This document shows, piece after piece, positions 58,943 through 64,000 of a DNA stretch of 64,000 bases. The notes beneath the pieces were generated by a model. It was not told the origin of the DNA and did no database searches. It was given only the letters and a program-made list of their open reading frames with translations. Each line of letters opens with the position of its first letter. Positions within the stretch are counted from its first letter, which is position 1. Origin of the DNA: Myxococcota bacterium (lineage in GTDB: Bacteria; Myxococcota_A; Polyangia; Nannocystales; Nannocystaceae); NCBI GenBank assembly GCA_039028615.1, contig JBCCHT010000011.1, positions 199,916 through 263,915 of the forward strand, in the 5' to 3' direction. Position numbers and translations under genes: made by a program.

Positions 58943-61597
58943 ATGCTTGGCTTCGCTCCCGCTTTGCTTGCGTTTGCTGACAAAGTCCCCAACGAAGAGG
59001 CGTTGGCCCTGGGCCCCATGACGGGCTGGCTGATGCTGCTGGGGGCCGTGGCCGTCGTCTGCCTGTTCGTGCTCAACCACGAGCGCTGGCGACGATGGTG
59101 GTTGCAGCTCGAGGACCCGCGTTCGATCGGTCTTTACCGGATCGTGTTCGGGTTCTTCGTGATCTGCAACATGAACGACTTTTACGAGTACTTCACGTTC
59201 TTGTTCACCGACGAGGGCATCTTCACCGCGGATGTCGCTCGCCAGGTCCACGCTCGGGCCCAGTTCGCCGGCTTCGGCGACGGCTTCACCGAGGACAGCC
59301 CCTGGGGCTTCTTCGACTACCACGCCGTCCTCACCTTCCTCGAGGGCCCCAAGTACTCGCTGCTCTACTTCTGGGACACGCCCGAGTTCTTCCTCGGGCA
59401 CCTGATCGCATTCTACTTCGCCGGGGCGATGTTCATCATCGGGTTCCGCACGCGCCTGTTCGGCGTGCTGACCTTCTTCCTGATGAACAGCATCTTCTTC
59501 CGAAACCACCTGTTTTGGGAGGGCACGGAGCTGGTCTATCGGGTGTTCCTCGCCTACCTCATCTGCGCCCGCTCGGGGCACGCGTATAGCGTCGACAACT
59601 GGCTGCGCTGCCGCAAGCTACGACGCAAGGGCCTGTTGAGCACCGTCGACGGCCCGGGCGGAGGCGCGGGAGCTGCACCGAGTGAAGAGCACCCCAAGGG
59701 TCTGCAGGCCATCTACCGGGCCATCCCCGCGTGGCCGCGACGCTTGATGATGCTGCAGCTGGCCACCGTGTACATCTACACGGGCACGGTCAAAAACGGC
59801 AGCGTGTGGGCCAAGGGCGACGCGATCTACTACGCGTGGAACATGGACCACTTCTACCGGTTCTACCCGCAGCAGATCACGGCGGTCATCGGTACGAACA
59901 TCCTGCGGGTCATGACCTGGACGACCCACTGGGGCGAGGCGCTGTTCTGCATCAGCTTCTGCGGGGTCCTGTACTTCTGGGCGCGTCGCGAGGGCTTCGT
60001 GCCGTCGACCGGAATCCGCCGCGTGCTCATTCGAGTGTGCTGGGCGACCATCGGGTTGGTGGCCGCGGCCATGGTCTGGGTGACCTGGGACGTGCACTTC
60101 TCGCCGGTCGTCGACGCACCGCTGGCCAAGTGGGGGCTCATCCCGCGCGCGAACATGGTCGCCAAGCAGATCTGGGTCAGCGGCATGGTGCTGGTGATGC
60201 TGGGCATGTGGTGGCTATGGGGTCGGCTCGACCGCAAGCCGTTCATGGTGCGGACCTTCCTGTGGATCCGCCCGCTCAAGAAGCCGCTGGCCATCGACCG
60301 CGACTTCTTCGCCTCGTGGGTGCTGGGTCGTCGGGTCTGGATCCTCTGGCACATCGGCGTCATGGGCGGAATTTTCGTGCTCATGAACATCGGTCACTTC
60401 CAGACCGCGATGCTGTCCAACACCATCCTGTTCTTCACCGGGCTCGAGGTCGCCACGCTGGGCTGCTTCTTGTTCCAGCGTAGGAGCGGCCGCAAGCCCA
60501 TTCCCCCCGAGGACCTGTCCCTGCCCCACATCCACCGCGACACCGCCCGCTTTCCGCAGTGGGCCATGTTCGTGGTCGCGGCGGGGATCCTCGCGGGCGT
60601 CATCGTCAAGGGCGTGTGGGCACCGCAGTGGTGGGCCCGCATCTGGATCGGCTCGGCCCTGTTCGCGGCCGGCGTGGCCTTCCAGACCTGGCGAGCCAAT
60701 CGCGGCAACAAGCCCACGCCGGGCGCCCAAGTGTGGGCCTACGGCCCCTTCGGACGCTTCGTCATCTCGGGCCTGCTGATGTGGCAGATCGGTGCGGTCA
60801 CCACCTGGCTGATGCCGGACAAGTACTGCCTCAAGAGCTGGCGGACGCCCGCGCGCAAGGTCTTCGCCAAGTGGCTCACCGTCACTCAGACCGACCAGGG
60901 CTGGGGCATGTTCGCGCCCAACCCCCCGCGCAGCAACGTGTTCCTCAAGGTCCTGGTGACCGACCGCGAAGGCGAGGTCTGGGACATGCGGACCGACGTC
61001 TACGCCCCCGAGCGCAAGCCGATCCCGTGGATCTGGAACGACCGCATGCGCAAGATGAACCGCCGCATCATCGGCGGCGAGTCGGGCAACACCCAGTGGT
61101 ACCGCAAGTGGTACGCCCGCTATCACTGCCGCCAGTGGCAGCTCGAGCACGACGGGGACATCCCCCGCAAGGTCGAGCTAGTGAAGGTCTGGTACAAGAT
61201 TCCGACCCCCGAAGAGACCGCGCGCCGGGGCTACTACGTCCCCGAGGATCTGCTCGAGCGCACTGGACACGAGAAGGTCGAGCACACCGAGCACTGCCGT
61301 CGCACCGTGATGGGGCAGCTGTCCAACGAGATCCGCGAGCGGCACGGCTTGCCGCCCTTGCCCGAGAACATCACCTATCGCCGCTGGCTCAAGCACAAGA
61401 AGAAGGCGTGGGAGCGCAAGCGAGCCAAGGAGCGCGGCGAAGAGGTTCCCGAGGAAGACGACAAGGCGACCAAGAAGGACGCCAAGAAAGCCGACATCGA
61501 GGAGCGCAAGCGCAAGGCCCGAGAGCGCGCCCGCAAGCGAGCCGAAGAGCGCGCCGCCAAGAAGAACGAGGCGGCCAAGGACGACAAAGAGCCCTAG
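58943..61597 (+). CDS. HTTM-domain (vitamin K-dependent carboxylase-like) polytopic membrane protein
   Basis: SIGLYRIVFG, YSVDNWL, WPRRLMMLQLATVYIYTGTVK..W..G, QGWGMFAPNPP; Lys/Glu-rich tail. Confidence 0.85.
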   Translation: MLGFAPALLAFADKVPNEEALALGPMTGWLMLLGAVAVVCLFVLNHERWRRWWLQLEDPRSIGLYRIVFGFFVICNMNDFYEYFTFLFTDEGIFTADVARQVHARAQFAGFGDGFTEDSPWGFFDYHAVLTFLEGPKYSLLYFWDTPEFFLGHLIAFYFAGAMFIIGFRTRLFGVLTFFLMNSIFFRNHLFWEGTELVYRVFLAYLICARSGHAYSVDNWLRCRKLRRKGLLSTVDGPGGGAGAAPSEEHPKGLQAIYRAIPAWPRRLMMLQLATVYIYTGTVKNGSVWAKGDAIYYAWNMDHFYRFYPQQITAVIGTNILRVMTWTTHWGEALFCISFCGVLYFWARREGFVPSTGIRRVLIRVCWATIGLVAAAMVWVTWDVHFSPVVDAPLAKWGLIPRANMVAKQIWVSGMVLVMLGMWWLWGRLDRKPFMVRTFLWIRPLKKPLAIDRDFFASWVLGRRVWILWHIGVMGGIFVLMNIGHFQTAMLSNTILFFTGLEVATLGCFLFQRRSGRKPIPPEDLSLPHIHRDTARFPQWAMFVVAAGILAGVIVKGVWAPQWWARIWIGSALFAAGVAFQTWRANRGNKPTPGAQVWAYGPFGRFVISGLLMWQIGAVTTWLMPDKYCLKSWRTPARKVFAKWLTVTQTDQGWGMFAPNPPRSNVFLKVLVTDREGEVWDMRTDVYAPERKPIPWIWNDRMRKMNRRIIGGESGNTQWYRKWYARYHCRQWQLEHDGDIPRKVELVKVWYKIPTPEETARRGYYVPEDLLERTGHEKVEHTEHCRRTVMGQLSNEIRERHGLPPLPENITYRRWLKHKKKAWERKRAKERGEEVPEEDDKATKKDAKKADIEERKRKARERARKRAEERAAKKNEAAKDDKEP

Positions 61598-61621
61598 GGT
61601 CGTCCCGAGGAGGAATCCACC

Positions 61622-63259
61622 ATGTCCCGTGAGCCCGACGACCCCCGCGACCCGAAGCTGGATCCCCCCTCGACCGACACCCCGACGACCCGAGACACCT
61701 CGCTGGGGCGTCGCCGCTTCGTCGAGCTGACCGCCGTCGGCGTGCCCGCGCTGCTCAGCGCCTGCGCCGACGATGGTGCCCAGGACGGCGACGGCAGCGG
61801 GAGCGCCAGCTCGACCGGAGACGTCGCCACCAGCACCACGGGTGTGGGCAGCGAGCAGGACGAGACCCACGCCGACGAGACCGACACGGGCGGCACCGCG
61901 GGCGGGGAGCAGGGCAGCGAAGACACCGGCTCCGAGCCGGTCGACTTCGACCCCGAGGCGATTCCCGAGTCGATCGACCTGTTCCCGCGCACCGTCATGG
62001 CCGGGGACATGGACACCACCTCGATGACGGTCACCCTCTTCGTCTCTGATGCCGCGCCCAAGCGCCTGCGCGTGTGGCAGCCGGCCGACGAAGGCATGGT
62101 CGACCTGCTCTTCGACGAGGACGTCGAGCCCGATGCCGATGGCTTCGTCAAAGAGCGCATCGAAGGCCTGTCCGCGGGGCAGTGGTACCAGTACGCCTAC
62201 TTCAACGAGGTCGAGGGGCAGCTCGTCTCGCGCAGCCTCATCGGCAACGTCCACCTGCCGCCCGAGCCGGGCACCGCCGAGCCGGTCACCATCGCGTTCG
62301 GCTCGTGCGTGGGTCGAGGCACCCTGATCCCCGATTTCGTCAATCCCAACGACGTGCAGCCCTTCTTCTGGGACATCACCGACATGGCCGAGGCGCTCGA
62401 CTACGACGTCTTCGTCCACCTCGGCGACCAGGGCTACATGGACCAGGTGTATTCCGCGGGCGGCACCTACGAGAGCTATCTCGAGGCGTGGGGGGCCTAC
62501 CACGGCGGCGGCTTCCGGCAGATCTATCCCAAGACCGGCATGCTGTGCACCTGGGACGACCACGAGGTCACCGACAACGGCACCGTCGATCCCTGGACCA
62601 CCGACCCCAGCGAGCGCGAGCGCATCGACAATGCGATGGCCGCCTACTACCGGGTCATGCCCATCCTCGCCGACGACCACACCACCCAGCCGCTATGGCG
62701 GAGCATGCAGTGGGGGGACACCGTCGAGCTCGTCGTGCTCGACACCCGCTACGAGCGACAGCCCGAGCCGGGCCTGGCCTTCATGAGCGTCGAGCAGATG
62801 GAGTTCCTGCTCGACCGCATCGAGAACAGCCCCTGTCGCTTCATCTGTGTCGCGACCGGCAAGCCCTACTCCCACGTGCGCCTCGTGACCGGCGACTACC
62901 CGGGCGGCGAAGAGCGCTGGCAGGAGCATATCGAGGATCGACAGCAGGTCCGCGACCTCGTCAACGCCATCGACGCCCGCAACGTCGTGTGGGTCACCGG
63001 GGACATCCACATGTGTTACCTCGGCAATACCGACGAAGACGACGACAGCGCCGCCGGCCAGATGTGGGAGGTCTGCTGCACCTCGGGCAACACGAACCCC
63101 CTGGCGCTGCTGCTGTCGCCGCAGCAGTTCGAGTGGTTCAGCGACCGGCCGCACATGCCCGTGCTGACCTTCAACCCCGATGTGGGCGAGGTGCTGGTGC
63201 GTTTTTTCGACAGCGACGGCGGCATCGCGCACGAGCGCACGCTGTTTTTGCCCGCCTGA
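61622..63259 (+). CDS. PhoD-family alkaline phosphatase, Tat lipoprotein
   Basis: LGRRRFVEL..LLSAC; AFGSC, HLGDQGY, WDDHE, LDTRYER, TGDIH. Confidence 0.9.
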   Translation: MSREPDDPRDPKLDPPSTDTPTTRDTSLGRRRFVELTAVGVPALLSACADDGAQDGDGSGSASSTGDVATSTTGVGSEQDETHADETDTGGTAGGEQGSEDTGSEPVDFDPEAIPESIDLFPRTVMAGDMDTTSMTVTLFVSDAAPKRLRVWQPADEGMVDLLFDEDVEPDADGFVKERIEGLSAGQWYQYAYFNEVEGQLVSRSLIGNVHLPPEPGTAEPVTIAFGSCVGRGTLIPDFVNPNDVQPFFWDITDMAEALDYDVFVHLGDQGYMDQVYSAGGTYESYLEAWGAYHGGGFRQIYPKTGMLCTWDDHEVTDNGTVDPWTTDPSERERIDNAMAAYYRVMPILADDHTTQPLWRSMQWGDTVELVVLDTRYERQPEPGLAFMSVEQMEFLLDRIENSPCRFICVATGKPYSHVRLVTGDYPGGEERWQEHIEDRQQVRDLVNAIDARNVVWVTGDIHMCYLGNTDEDDDSAAGQMWEVCCTSGNTNPLALLLSPQQFEWFSDRPHMPVLTFNPDVGEVLVRFFDSDGGIAHERTLFLPA

Positions 63260-63277
63260 GCCGGGCGGCGGCGCGGC

Positions 63278-64000
63278 TCAGACCGTCTCGTCGCCGAAGC
63301 AGATGCCCACGTCGCGGGCCGTCTGCACCAGCTGCCCCTTTGGATCGACGGTGCGCTCGTTGGCGACCGCCTCGGCGATGGGGATGGTGACGATCTCCGG
63401 TGTGCGCAGGGCGACCATGTGCCCGAACTTGCCCTCGGCCACCGCGTCGACGGCCGCGGCTCCGAAGCGGGTGCCGAGGATGCGATCGAACTGGGTGGGC
63501 GAGCCGCCGCGTTGGATGTGGCCGAGCACGGTCACCCGCAGATCGAGCTCGAGCATGGGCTCGAGCGCGGCGCCCAGGCGATGGCCGGCCCCGAAGAGCT
63601 TGGGCATCTCGCCGAGCTTCTGCGGACCCTCGAAGGACTGCTGTCCGTCGGCCGGGCGCGCGCCCTCGGCCACCACCACGATGGAGTACGGGTGCCCGTG
63701 CTCCCGGCGGTTGCGAATCGAGGCCGCGATGGGCTCGAGGCGGTAGGGAATCTCGGGGATCAAGCAGGCGTTGGCGCCTCCGGCCATCGCGGCACACAGC
63801 GCGATCCAGCCCGCGTTGCGGCCCATGACCTCGAGGACCATCACGCGGTCGTGGCTCTCGGCCGTGTCGCGGAGTCGATCGATCGCCTCGGTCGCGGTCT
63901 GGACCGCAGTATTGAACCCGAAGGTGTAGTCGGTGGCGCCCAGGTCCTGGTCGATGGTCTTGGGCACGCCGACGATGTTGAGGCCCTTTTCGAAGAAGCG
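63278..64000 (-). CDS. pfkA: 6-phosphofructokinase (5' part outside window)
   Basis: GVPKTIDQD, TFGFNTA, EVMGRNAGWIAL, VVAEG, VLGHIQRGG. Confidence 0.95.
   Translation of the reverse strand, partial: RFFEKGLNIVGVPKTIDQDLGATDYTFGFNTAVQTATEAIDRLRDTAESHDRVMVLEVMGRNAGWIALCAAMAGGANACLIPEIPYRLEPIAASIRNRREHGHPYSIVVVAEGARPADGQQSFEGPQKLGEMPKLFGAGHRLGAALEPMLELDLRVTVLGHIQRGGSPTQFDRILGTRFGAAAVDAVAEGKFGHMVALRTPEIVTIPIAEAVANERTVDPKGQLVQTARDVGICFGDETV

Noticed and set aside
1..64000. tRNA-Sec, selA/selB/selD, rRNA, transposases, prophage
   Set aside because: None recognised in this window; the Sec machinery must lie elsewhere if the recoding hypothesis holds.

Overview
High-GC bacterial chromosome segment with about 44 protein-coding genes. 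The Oar-like TonB-dependent receptor, many Cys-rich lipoproteins, a PilA-like domain and a CHAT/ECF module suggest a myxobacterium, probably Nannocystaceae-like (inference). I saw no rRNA, tRNA, CRISPR array or transposase. Main finding: a minus-strand cluster at 31635-39195 in which two neighbouring genes are each split by an in-frame TGA followed by a bacterial SECIS-like hairpin, so both are probably selenoproteins that the ORF caller broke in two. One is a lipoprotein with an iodothyronine-deiodinase-like active site (FGSYS-U-PPFR), an inserted EF-hand pair and a C-terminal CGAC thioredoxin domain (38089-39195). The other is a ~1032-aa membrane-anchored FG-GAP/CRTAC1 - ASPIC/UnbV - TlpA(CESC) fusion reading VDL-U-SQFWR (34844-37942). 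A second, uninterrupted CRTAC1/UnbV paralog and a metallophosphoesterase follow. Other notable items: a TPR-CHAT protease / subtilase / ECF sigma / anti-sigma operon, a lipoprotein-pilin fusion, a trehalose/glucan cluster, a nonsense-inactivated nucleotidyltransferase, two TetR genes with visible operators, a Fur-like box, and repeated leaderless-type promoters. All product calls come from motif recognition by eye, not database searches.
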